DNA of 64,000 bases from Arcobacteraceae bacterium. Its GTDB lineage: Bacteria; Campylobacterota; Campylobacteria; Campylobacterales; Arcobacteraceae. The notes under the pieces were generated by a model. That model was given only the letters and a program-made list of their open reading frames with translations. It did not search any database and was not told the origin of the DNA. The position numbers and the translations under genes were made by a program. The DNA is taken from the NCBI GenBank assembly GCA_963662945.1, contig OY759974.1, positions 2,240,001 to 2,304,000 on the forward strand, read 5' to 3'. How positions within the stretch are numbered: position 1 is the stretch's first letter; every line of letters starts with the position of its first letter. This document shows positions 20,978-29,506 of this stretch, piece by piece.

Positions 20978-21781
20978 ATATTTAGCTACCGCATCTTCAT
21001 TATTACTAAACTCAGAAACAAAAGTAGCAAGTTCTTTTAACTCTTTGTGTGCATTGGCAACAGCAACTGATGTATGAGCTAGTTTAAACATCCCAACATC
21101 ATTAAGATTGTCTCCAAAAACAGTAAACTCTTTATAGTCTATCTGTGTTATTTCATGAACTTTTTGTAAGCCATGTGCCTTATCTGCATCTTTATGCAGA
21201 AGCGTTAAAAAATAACATCCAAGATACGCTTCTGGTGCTAAGATATATTTTATCTCATCTTTAAAAATAGATTGTAAGTTATCTTGTAACTCCTCTAATT
21301 GTTCTTTTTCTCCAAAATAAACTAGTTTAAAATTATCCTTCATTGCTTTTATATTAGAACACTCTTGAAGATTATCATCACCTTTATATCTTTTTAAAAG
21401 CTCTTTTTGATGGCTATTTGTTTGAGTTGGATATAAAAAAGCCTCATTAAGATGTTGGTCTTTTAATGCTAAAACAAAAGGATAAATACCAAGCTTTACC
21501 CCACACTCTATAATCTCATTACCCATCTCATTTGATAAAGTTTTCATATCTAAAATCTTTTTTTCAGGTGAAATAATAAGTGAACCATCAAGTAAAATCA
21601 TAGGGGTATTTATGTGAAGACCTTGTAAAAATTGTTCACTTTTTTTATATGTTCTTGCTGTTGCAATACCCATAATATGATTTTGTGCCATAGTATTCCA
21701 TGTTGTTTTACTATGGTCGCTTATAGTAAGATCATTACGTAAAAAAGTATGATCAAGGTCTGTTAAAAAAAGTTTGGACAT
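20954..21781 (-). CDS. Cof-type HAD-IIB phosphatase
   Basis: DLDHT, ATAR, K, GDNLND motifs. Confidence 0.85.
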   Translation of the reverse strand: MSKLFLTDLDHTFLRNDLTISDHSKTTWNTMAQNHIMGIATARTYKKSEQFLQGLHINTPMILLDGSLIISPEKKILDMKTLSNEMGNEIIECGVKLGIYPFVLALKDQHLNEAFLYPTQTNSHQKELLKRYKGDDNLQECSNIKAMKDNFKLVYFGEKEQLEELQDNLQSIFKDEIKYILAPEAYLGCYFLTLLHKDADKAHGLQKVHEITQIDYKEFTVFGDNLNDVGMFKLAHTSVAVANAHKELKELATFVSEFSNNEDAVAKYLQSIHLI

Positions 21782-21814
21782 TCGTAGCCTTTAAGTATTT
21801 TTTAGTCAAGATTA

Positions 21815-23332
21815 TTAAAAAGCCCAGTGGTCTCTTTTATTTCTCCATGGGCTGTATGGCTTGTTCCAATAGCTTGGGAGTTCTTGCCCATCATTTATAT
21901 TTTGATAATACTCTTTTTCATGAGCTTTTATCTCTTCTCTGATTTTACTTACATATTGTTTTTGTTCATTTTCATCAATTTTACTTTGAGGAAGAGTCGC
22001 TTCTAATAATTCTTCTTCAAATTTTGCTAAATTAAAATTTTTATTTAAAAATTTAGTAATATTAATAACATCTCTTTTTGCATTTCCTAAACAGCTCGTT
22101 GCACCAGGTGAAGGGGTCATATTAAATACTATTCCATCTCCAGTGTTTATAGATGCTTCCCCCAACATTAGTTTTCCCTCTGTTTTATTTAGAACCTGTG
22201 GTCGTACACCACCAAAACCATCTGCATATCGTATATCATCTGTTTTGAGTGATGGGATGATTTTTCTTGCATTTTTTACAAAAAGTTTTTTATTGATATA
22301 TGGTATTTCAAATAAAAAGTTTCTAAAGATATAGTTTCGTATATCACTATCTTTTAAAAGGTCGTAGAATATTTTGATAATTTTTTTATCAAATCGAAGT
22401 GTTGTCCAAAAATCTTTGTATGTTCCACTTTTATATCTTTCTAACTTTGGTAATACAAGGGCCGTTGGTCCAAATCGTGTAAGTCCATCTTCTAAAATAT
22501 CTGGATCTCCATGTAAGGCCGCAAATGGAAGTTTTGGATTTTGTACCATATACACTTTTCCATTAAGAATTTTTTGGTTTGTCATATAGAAGCTTCCTGC
22601 AACTGGTAGACAACTATATTCAAGTCCATATCCCATTTTATGTGCTAAAAATAGTGAATGAGCACCGGCATTTACTACAACAAAATCAGCTTCATAGGTT
22701 TCATTTGCTGTTTTTACTTTGTAAGTATCATTTTCTTTTTGGATATCTAAAACTTGTGAATTTACAAATAAATCTACAGTTTTCCCATCCTCTTTTTGTG
22801 CATTTTCTATCAAACTTACAGACATTTTTTTATAATCTACTGTAGTCCACTCTCCAATGGAACCCACTCCAACAATTGTTTCTGGTCGCTCTTTTCCATT
22901 TTCATCAAATATAAGTTTTGGTTCTATAGTTTTAAGATGCTCTTTATCCCATACTTGAAGATTTGGGAAAAGTTCTTTGAACTCTTCATATCTTTCAAGC
23001 ATAAATTCAACCTCTTTATCTCCTACACCCAAAGCCATTTTTTGATGAGAGAAGATAACTTCATTTTCTAGCTTGTGTTGCAGACAATATTTTTCAACCA
23101 TTTTGGCTGTTTGTTTAGTAATTGAAGCTTTTGCAAGAGTATAGTTTGTTTCAATATCCCCAAAATGGATAGTTTGAGAGTTTGCTTTTCCTGAACTATT
23201 AAGGGTAGAAACCCCTTCATACTTTTCTAAAATACAAATAGATTTTATATCTGTATATCTTGCCAATTCATACGCTAAAGCAGCTCCTGAAATACCTGCA
23301 CCTACAATTACAACTTCATACTTTTTACCCAC
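21815..23332 (-). CDS. mqo: Malate:quinone oxidoreductase (Campylobacter type)
   Basis: GAGISG, NSQTIH.GDIETNY, LPFAALHGDPD, GGVRPQ, MTPSPGAT; GTG start. Confidence 0.85.
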   Translation of the reverse strand: MGKKYEVVIVGAGISGAALAYELARYTDIKSICILEKYEGVSTLNSSGKANSQTIHFGDIETNYTLAKASITKQTAKMVEKYCLQHKLENEVIFSHQKMALGVGDKEVEFMLERYEEFKELFPNLQVWDKEHLKTIEPKLIFDENGKERPETIVGVGSIGEWTTVDYKKMSVSLIENAQKEDGKTVDLFVNSQVLDIQKENDTYKVKTANETYEADFVVVNAGAHSLFLAHKMGYGLEYSCLPVAGSFYMTNQKILNGKVYMVQNPKLPFAALHGDPDILEDGLTRFGPTALVLPKLERYKSGTYKDFWTTLRFDKKIIKIFYDLLKDSDIRNYIFRNFLFEIPYINKKLFVKNARKIIPSLKTDDIRYADGFGGVRPQVLNKTEGKLMLGEASINTGDGIVFNMTPSPGATSCLGNAKRDVINITKFLNKNFNLAKFEEELLEATLPQSKIDENEQKQYVSKIREEIKAHEKEYYQNINDGQELPSYWNKPYSPWRNKRDHWAF

Positions 23333-23378
23333 AATTACACCTTATTTAGTTAATAGAGATATTGTATCTAAAATTCAA

Positions 23379-24086
23379 TTATGATAGTAAATTGGAAGCG
23401 AGTTTTTCCAACCCTTTTTTTTGTAAGATGTGTAAATTGCTCATTTGTGTATATTCAAAAGTTTTTTCTTTGTAATATTCTAAGATTATTTTATCAATTT
23501 GTTCTTTTTGAGAGATGATAGTTTCTAGAAAACTTTTCATCTCACTTGTTTCAAACTCATCAAAATTTTGAAGTTTTAAAAAAAGTGCTTCTAAAAGCTC
23601 TTCATTTATGAAGTTTTGTGCTTTGTTTAGAAATTTTGTGGCTTCTGCTTCTACAGCGTAAATTTCATCATTCCATTTTCTTCCGTGTATTAGTTGGTCT
23701 ACTGCAACATCAATGAAAACAGGGACAATATCTAAAACTTGATTGAGTTCTGTAAAATCATTATCAACCAAATCCCGAAATAACATTCGTGTTCTATTGC
23801 GTATTTTTTTTCGTAATTCTTCATTTTCTATAACTTGTGGATTAAGTATTTTAAATCGTTCCAATGCTCCTAATCGTGAGTGATTAAATGCCATAATAGA
23901 AACAAGTGGATGAGGGTCTTTGATTTGGTCTGGATGGGAACCAGATGGTCTACAAAATGCCCAGTAGAGTCTTGCTTCCATATCTTTATGGTTTATATAT
24001 TTTTTATCTCCAAGTGCTTCAAAGTTCTCTTCATCTTTAAGTGCTTCCACTTCCTCTTTATAGGTTAAATTGAATAACTCTTCCAT
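23379..24086 (-). CDS. Hypothetical protein, translationally linked to vWA gene
   Basis: About 235 aa, helical and acidic; overlaps vWA gene end; ATG 24086 assumed. Confidence 0.75.
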   Translation of the reverse strand: MEELFNLTYKEEVEALKDEENFEALGDKKYINHKDMEARLYWAFCRPSGSHPDQIKDPHPLVSIMAFNHSRLGALERFKILNPQVIENEELRKKIRNRTRMLFRDLVDNDFTELNQVLDIVPVFIDVAVDQLIHGRKWNDEIYAVEAEATKFLNKAQNFINEELLEALFLKLQNFDEFETSEMKSFLETIISQKEQIDKIILEYYKEKTFEYTQMSNLHILQKKGLEKLASNLLS

Positions 24087-25284
24087 AACTTTCAAACTTT
24101 GTTAAATTTTTTTTATCACTTATGATAAAGAGGGTTTTTGACACTAATGGATGGGTAATATCAAATTCTCCATCACTTAAAACCATCAAAAGGTTCTCAC
24201 TTCGTATATCTGTATTTTTAAGATATCGTAATACTTCGTTGAAGTTTGTACCTCCATCACTTTTAGGAATATATAAATCTTTCTCTTGCAAAGGATTAAA
24301 ACTATCAAAACTAATGATATGGTCACTTTTTACAAACCTGTCAAAAGGCAAAATTGTTACTTTGTATTCATAAAATCCTTCACATATATCTTGAATGATA
24401 CCTAGAAATTTTTTATACTCTTCAAGTGTAACAGAACTACTACTATCTAAAGCTATATAAACCTCAATAAGCTCATCACTTTTTTTTGTCCCTGGTAGAT
24501 AAAGTCCAGTATGTATATATCTTTTATTTGGTCTAGAAAATGTTGTTTGCTTTTCAAATAAAGATGCTGTAAGATACTCTTTAAGTACATCTTGTAAATT
24601 AATATCAGGACGAATAAGTGTATCTATTTCTATTTGAAGTCCACCATATTTATGTGAAGTTTTTTTTGCAATAGTGAGTGCTTGTATAATAATACCATCT
24701 AGTTTTTCTTGGTCACCTTGAGAAGTTTTTTCATCTGGAACTTCTTCTAAGTCTAATTTTGAATTATCATAGATGTAAGCATTTTTATCCCCATCTGGAT
24801 CAGGTGCTACTTTTGCCTCACTGCTTTGTTCTTCATCACTATTTGAGTCTTGATTTTGTTCCTCTTCCTCTTTTTGATAGAGTATCTCATAGACCTCTTC
24901 AACACATTTATCTTTTAAGTCCAAGTCAAGTATCTCATCAGTTGGTTTTATTCCAACATTTTCAAAGGTATCAAGAATATTATTGATAACCAAATCACAC
25001 GCTTGATTCCAGATATACATATCTCTTGTTTTTTGTCGATAGGGATGTTTTAGGACAATATGAAGAAGGGTGTGTGCATAAAGGTAAGTGATATTTTCAT
25101 CACTATATTTTTCTAACTTTTCTAAATCAATAGTTATTTTTGCCCCATTTGTTTGAAAAGCACTATTTGTATTTTGTTCAAAAGTTGTAGGGATTGATAA
25201 TGCAAGGACTGATAAAAAAGGGTGGTTAAATAAAAAATTTACCCTTAATTTTGCAAATAATTCTTCATAATTTTTATCAGTCAT
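24058..25284 (-). CDS. DUF2201-type peptidase-like + vWA domain protein
   Basis: N-terminal HPF...TNG...AHTLLH...H, acidic linker, RPNKR..YLPG, MIDAS DSSSS...GGT...SDG. Confidence 0.85.
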   Translation of the reverse strand: MTDKNYEELFAKLRVNFLFNHPFLSVLALSIPTTFEQNTNSAFQTNGAKITIDLEKLEKYSDENITYLYAHTLLHIVLKHPYRQKTRDMYIWNQACDLVINNILDTFENVGIKPTDEILDLDLKDKCVEEVYEILYQKEEEEQNQDSNSDEEQSSEAKVAPDPDGDKNAYIYDNSKLDLEEVPDEKTSQGDQEKLDGIIIQALTIAKKTSHKYGGLQIEIDTLIRPDINLQDVLKEYLTASLFEKQTTFSRPNKRYIHTGLYLPGTKKSDELIEVYIALDSSSSVTLEEYKKFLGIIQDICEGFYEYKVTILPFDRFVKSDHIISFDSFNPLQEKDLYIPKSDGGTNFNEVLRYLKNTDIRSENLLMVLSDGEFDITHPLVSKTLFIISDKKNLTKFESYGRVIQFNL

Positions 25285-25315
25285 AGTATCACTTTTATTG
25301 GTTTACTTTATAGTA

Positions 25316-25331
25316 TGCAATAAATGTGCCG
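25316..25331 (-). promoter_or_regulatory. Sigma54-type promoter of vWA gene
   Basis: CGGCAC-ATTTA-TTGCA (GG-N10-GC), inside a 10-bp inverted repeat 25305-25341. Confidence 0.65.
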
Positions 25332-25341
25332 ACTATAAAGT

Positions 25342-27888
25342 TTAAGAAAGTAAATCCATTAATTCCTCATTTTTATTAAATTCCGCATAATCATATGCTC
25401 TCTTATTCTGAATAGTATAATAATCTATATTTGCACCTTTTCCCAATAATCTTTTTACTAAATATGTATCATTAATTTCCGTTGCAAAAACTAAAGGTGT
25501 AAATCCATTTCTTTCTCTAATATCAACATTGACTAAATTATCTAACAATAAATCAAAAATTTTATAATAATTGTCTTTTTTTTGTTTATAGCTAAAATTG
25601 TGAAATTCTTTTCTAAAAAATTTTTGAAACTCTTTTTTATCTAGACCTACATTATCAAAATCTAAAGTTATCTCATTGTCAAAAATATTATTGATTAGTG
25701 GATTAGCTTTAATGATTTTACTTAATTCTTCTTTTGATGAAGATACACTTCTCGATGCATATTCTAAAAAATTTGAATAATCTTCTGAATTTAAATTTGA
25801 TAATCTTATGAGTTGAATACAATAATATAAATATGAAACTTCATCCAAAGTACATTTCTCATTTAAATCTACATTATTATCAAGAAGTAGTTTAACAATA
25901 TTTACAAAACCTTTTTCAATGGCATAGGACATTGCAGTCTCTTTCTTTTTTACTAATTTGGCATTCAGTGCTTCTATAGACATTTTAGGAATTAACAGTT
26001 CCATTATCTCTATTTGTTTTTCTGTAGTATGATAAGTGCTTCCAAAAGAATATATTAATGCAGTACAGTTATCATTTAGTTTTTGTTCATTTACATCTAC
26101 ATTAGCCTTTAAAAGTTTTTTAACATCATCTATTTTAGATAATTGACAACAATGCATAAGTTGAGTAATTTTGTTAGGTAAGCCTTTTTTTATCCATTTG
26201 TTAGGATTATCAAAATCAATTTTTATATTTTCCAAATCTTTTGTATTTACTGCTGCAAAATTAGAAGAAATAAAAAGATTAGATGATTCTTTAGACCCTG
26301 GAAATAAATTTTTAAAATAAATATCAAATTGTTTTTGCATATCTAAAAGAAAATGTTGATTAATTTTTTCTGGTAAACTTTCTAAAAGTTTGTAAAAGTA
26401 TGCTTGGTTATAAAATTTTCTAAAAGGACTACTTGCTTTATCTAAGTCAATCTGTACATTTCTTGTACTTTGTGATGAAACGAATAAACCTTCTCTAATA
26501 ATATCTTTCATATTTATACCAACAACATTTTTACCATATTTAAGTGCTTCTAAATAATATTCAGTAGATTTCTTATATTCTCTTTTTTGTGCATAAAATC
26601 TAGCTTTCATAAATAGACAATAGGGATTGTATTCAATATCAAACCTCTCTTCTACTTCTTTTAAAGCTTTAAAAAATTTAGATTCTGTATGTTCATCTTT
26701 TTTATTAGTAGGTGCAACACATTCATATAATTTTGAAGTAAGTTGTGCGTATTCAAAAAATGTTTTATCTATATCCTTTTCATCTATACTTATAACAGTA
26801 GATAAATCAAAATCTTTATAAAAAAAGTCGATAGGTAAAAATGAGCTAATTTTAGCGATAAATGACTCTTCTTCCATTTTATACAATATATCAAATTTAT
26901 TTCTATTATTTAAAATATATTCTTGCATCTCTTTTGCTTTATTAGAAGAATCACTATTTTTAACAAAATAGTCTAACATATAGAATAAATCAAAATTATT
27001 GTAATAATATTGTTGTAGATACAATTCTAATAAGTCAGATTCTTTTGTTTGCAGGTTTTGTTTAAACATTTCAAGTTTATTAGTTATCTCTAAATAACTA
27101 AGCATTGTAATTGTTTTATAATGTTTAACTAATAAGTTTGTTAGTTCAGTACCAAAATATTCTTTTGATTTTGAATATAGGTATTGAATAATTTTGGCAA
27201 TTTTAAATAATGTATTTAAATCAATTTCAGAAAATTTATTTGAAAACTTTGCTAATCGTGAAAGTATATTGATATGTTCTCGATTAGGAAGATTTTTACC
27301 ATTAATCCAATTATTATAATCCTCTTTTTTTAAATTATAGTCTTTGTAATTATCATCTAAAATTTTATATATTTCATCTTTTAAACTAATATTTTCTTCA
27401 AAAGTAGATTCTAGTAGCTTAAAAAGTTTTTGTATAGAATTTTCTTTTTCATCTGGCAAAATCGAATCTATCAAAGTTAATTCTCTTTTTTGTTTTAATA
27501 ATCTATCAAAGACTAAATGACTTAAAAAAGGAATAAATAAATTAATTGCAATTAGAAAATCTAATTGTTTTTGGGATGTAGCTAATGTTTCATTATGAAG
27601 TTTATAAAGATTATAAAATGAAAGAAATTCATTTATTAGCTTTTCATAATATTCATACTCTTTATTATTTGAACTATTAAAAAAAGTATATAAAACATCT
27701 TCAATAATTTTATTTTGAGTATCAAAATATTCTTGTGCAGATATTTCATCTTCTTTTATAAATCTCTGATAAGTTTTTGTATCATCTTTTTGATATATAT
27801 CTAAGCTCTTAATTAAAAAGTCTAATATAAAACCATTAGTTCTATGTTTTGAAAATTCTATTCTTATTTTTTGCACTCTCTTGTCCAA
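25342..27888 (-). CDS. 848-aa ankyrin-repeat protein with TPR-like and HTH-like segments (viperin-associated)
   Basis: C-terminal ANK repeats (TAMSYAIEKGFVNIVKLLLD, GFTPLVFATE..LVKRLLGKGA), TPR-like helix pair, NWINGKNLP motif; start uncertain. Confidence 0.8.
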   Translation of the reverse strand: MDKRVQKIRIEFSKHRTNGFILDFLIKSLDIYQKDDTKTYQRFIKEDEISAQEYFDTQNKIIEDVLYTFFNSSNNKEYEYYEKLINEFLSFYNLYKLHNETLATSQKQLDFLIAINLFIPFLSHLVFDRLLKQKRELTLIDSILPDEKENSIQKLFKLLESTFEENISLKDEIYKILDDNYKDYNLKKEDYNNWINGKNLPNREHINILSRLAKFSNKFSEIDLNTLFKIAKIIQYLYSKSKEYFGTELTNLLVKHYKTITMLSYLEITNKLEMFKQNLQTKESDLLELYLQQYYYNNFDLFYMLDYFVKNSDSSNKAKEMQEYILNNRNKFDILYKMEEESFIAKISSFLPIDFFYKDFDLSTVISIDEKDIDKTFFEYAQLTSKLYECVAPTNKKDEHTESKFFKALKEVEERFDIEYNPYCLFMKARFYAQKREYKKSTEYYLEALKYGKNVVGINMKDIIREGLFVSSQSTRNVQIDLDKASSPFRKFYNQAYFYKLLESLPEKINQHFLLDMQKQFDIYFKNLFPGSKESSNLFISSNFAAVNTKDLENIKIDFDNPNKWIKKGLPNKITQLMHCCQLSKIDDVKKLLKANVDVNEQKLNDNCTALIYSFGSTYHTTEKQIEIMELLIPKMSIEALNAKLVKKKETAMSYAIEKGFVNIVKLLLDNNVDLNEKCTLDEVSYLYYCIQLIRLSNLNSEDYSNFLEYASRSVSSSKEELSKIIKANPLINNIFDNEITLDFDNVGLDKKEFQKFFRKEFHNFSYKQKKDNYYKIFDLLLDNLVNVDIRERNGFTPLVFATEINDTYLVKRLLGKGANIDYYTIQNKRAYDYAEFNKNEELMDLLS

Positions 27889-27952
27889 TCAATTTTCTAT
27901 ATTAAATTTTGCATAAATCATAAAATTCCTCAAATACAATAAAGGAGTGAAG

Positions 27953-28786
27953 ATGAATGAAATAACAGTTAATTGGCACATTATACAAAAGTGTAACTAT
28001 AAATGTTATTACTGTTTTGCAAAATATGATAATTATGAAAAAAAAGAAGTTCATAATTCAAAAAAAGAAATCGAAGGTCTATTAAGAAAAGTTTATCAAT
28101 CTTTCAAAAAAGAGTTTAAAGATCATAGTATCAGATTAAATATTGCTGGAGGTGAACCAACATTATCTAAAAATTTAGATTTTATTATTAAATCTGCATA
28201 TAAAATTGGATTCAATATATCTATAATAACTAATTCTTCAGTTTTAACAACAAGATTTATAAGTGAAAATGCAAAACATATATCTATGTTTGCAATAAGT
28301 ATTGATAGTTTAAATAAAAATACAAATTTAAAAATCGGAAGAATAAGTAATAAAAACTTTTTAGAAATTTATCAGGTTTTAAAAAATATCAGTCTTTTAA
28401 GAAAATATAACCGTTCTATTAAAATTAAAATCAATACAGTAGTCAATAACTATAATTATTCGGAGTATATAGGTGATTTTATTAGTCTTGTAAAACCTGA
28501 CAAATGGAAAGTATTTCAAGCATTAAGTATTAATAGTAATGAAGAATATTGTTCAAAAGAGCAATTTAAAACCTTTATATACAATCACAAGAACTTGAAT
28601 ATTAATACATTTTCTGAAACAAATGATGAGATGATAGATTCATATATTATGATAGACCCTTATGGAAGATTTTATCAAAATAGCGGGGTAATATATCAAT
28701 ATTCTAAATCCATACTTGAATTAGAATCAGATGAAATTATAAATCATGTTAAATTTGATTTAAAAAAATATAAAAATAGATATTAG
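27953..28786 (+). CDS. Prokaryotic viperin (antiviral radical SAM enzyme)
   Basis: VNWH...CNYKCYYCF, NIAGGEP, SIDS, KINTVVN, KWKVFQ, SYIMIDPYGRFYQN; SD AAGGAG before ATG 27953. Confidence 0.92.
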   Translation: MNEITVNWHIIQKCNYKCYYCFAKYDNYEKKEVHNSKKEIEGLLRKVYQSFKKEFKDHSIRLNIAGGEPTLSKNLDFIIKSAYKIGFNISIITNSSVLTTRFISENAKHISMFAISIDSLNKNTNLKIGRISNKNFLEIYQVLKNISLLRKYNRSIKIKINTVVNNYNYSEYIGDFISLVKPDKWKVFQALSINSNEEYCSKEQFKTFIYNHKNLNINTFSETNDEMIDSYIMIDPYGRFYQNSGVIYQYSKSILELESDEIINHVKFDLKKYKNRY

Positions 28787-28795
28787 GAGTTAGAA

Positions 28796-29485
28796 ATGAA
28801 AGACGAAAAAATAGCAGTATTTTTTGACTGTGAGAATATATCAGCTAGTTATGTAGATTCAATTTTTGGTGAATTAGCAAAATATGGAGATGTGATTATA
28901 AAACAATCTTTTAAAGATTGGGGAAATTCTAACAATAAATCATGGAATAGAGAGCTACATGAAGAGTTTGCCATTGAGGCTATTCAAGTTTTTTCTGCAA
29001 GAGGTGCTAAAAATAGTTGTGATATGAGGATTCAAAGAGCTATAAATGAAACAATTAATCATAAAAAAATAGATATTATTGTTTTAGTATCGAGTGATAG
29101 TGACTTTAGAGATTTAATCATAAATGTTAAAGCTAATGGTTTTAAAACTATTGGCTTTGGAGAATCAAAGACTTCATTATCTTTAAAAAGTGCATATTCC
29201 ACTTTTATAGAACTTCCTATAAAAGAACATTATGAAAAAAAGAATGATAAAGAAGTAATTAAATTATTAAAAGAAGCTATACAAAAAACAATTAAGGAAG
29301 GTGACTATTCTTTAGTTTCTCAAATGGGTAACTACTTAAAAAATAAAAATTCTTCATATAATCCAAAAAACTTAGGTGCTACTACTTGGGGAAATATAAT
29401 TAAAAAATTTCCTAATTACTTTGAATGGAGTCATCTAGATAAAGAGAAAAGTCAGATGATTGTAAAGTTAAAAAAAATATTTTAG
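28796..29485 (+). CDS. NYN-domain (PIN-like) nuclease with C-terminal OST-HTH/LOTUS
   Basis: VFFDCEN, KNSCD, VSSDSDF acidic motifs; LOTUS-like SQMGNYL...YNPKNLG..TW. Confidence 0.88.
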   Translation: MKDEKIAVFFDCENISASYVDSIFGELAKYGDVIIKQSFKDWGNSNNKSWNRELHEEFAIEAIQVFSARGAKNSCDMRIQRAINETINHKKIDIIVLVSSDSDFRDLIINVKANGFKTIGFGESKTSLSLKSAYSTFIELPIKEHYEKKNDKEVIKLLKEAIQKTIKEGDYSLVSQMGNYLKNKNSSYNPKNLGATTWGNIIKKFPNYFEWSHLDKEKSQMIVKLKKIF

Positions 29486-29506
29486 TACTAAATAGGGGAT
29501 AATATA

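Noticed and set aside
25285-29506. Target-site duplication or IS ends around the viperin cassette
   Set aside because: No direct or terminal inverted repeats shared by the two junctions were visible
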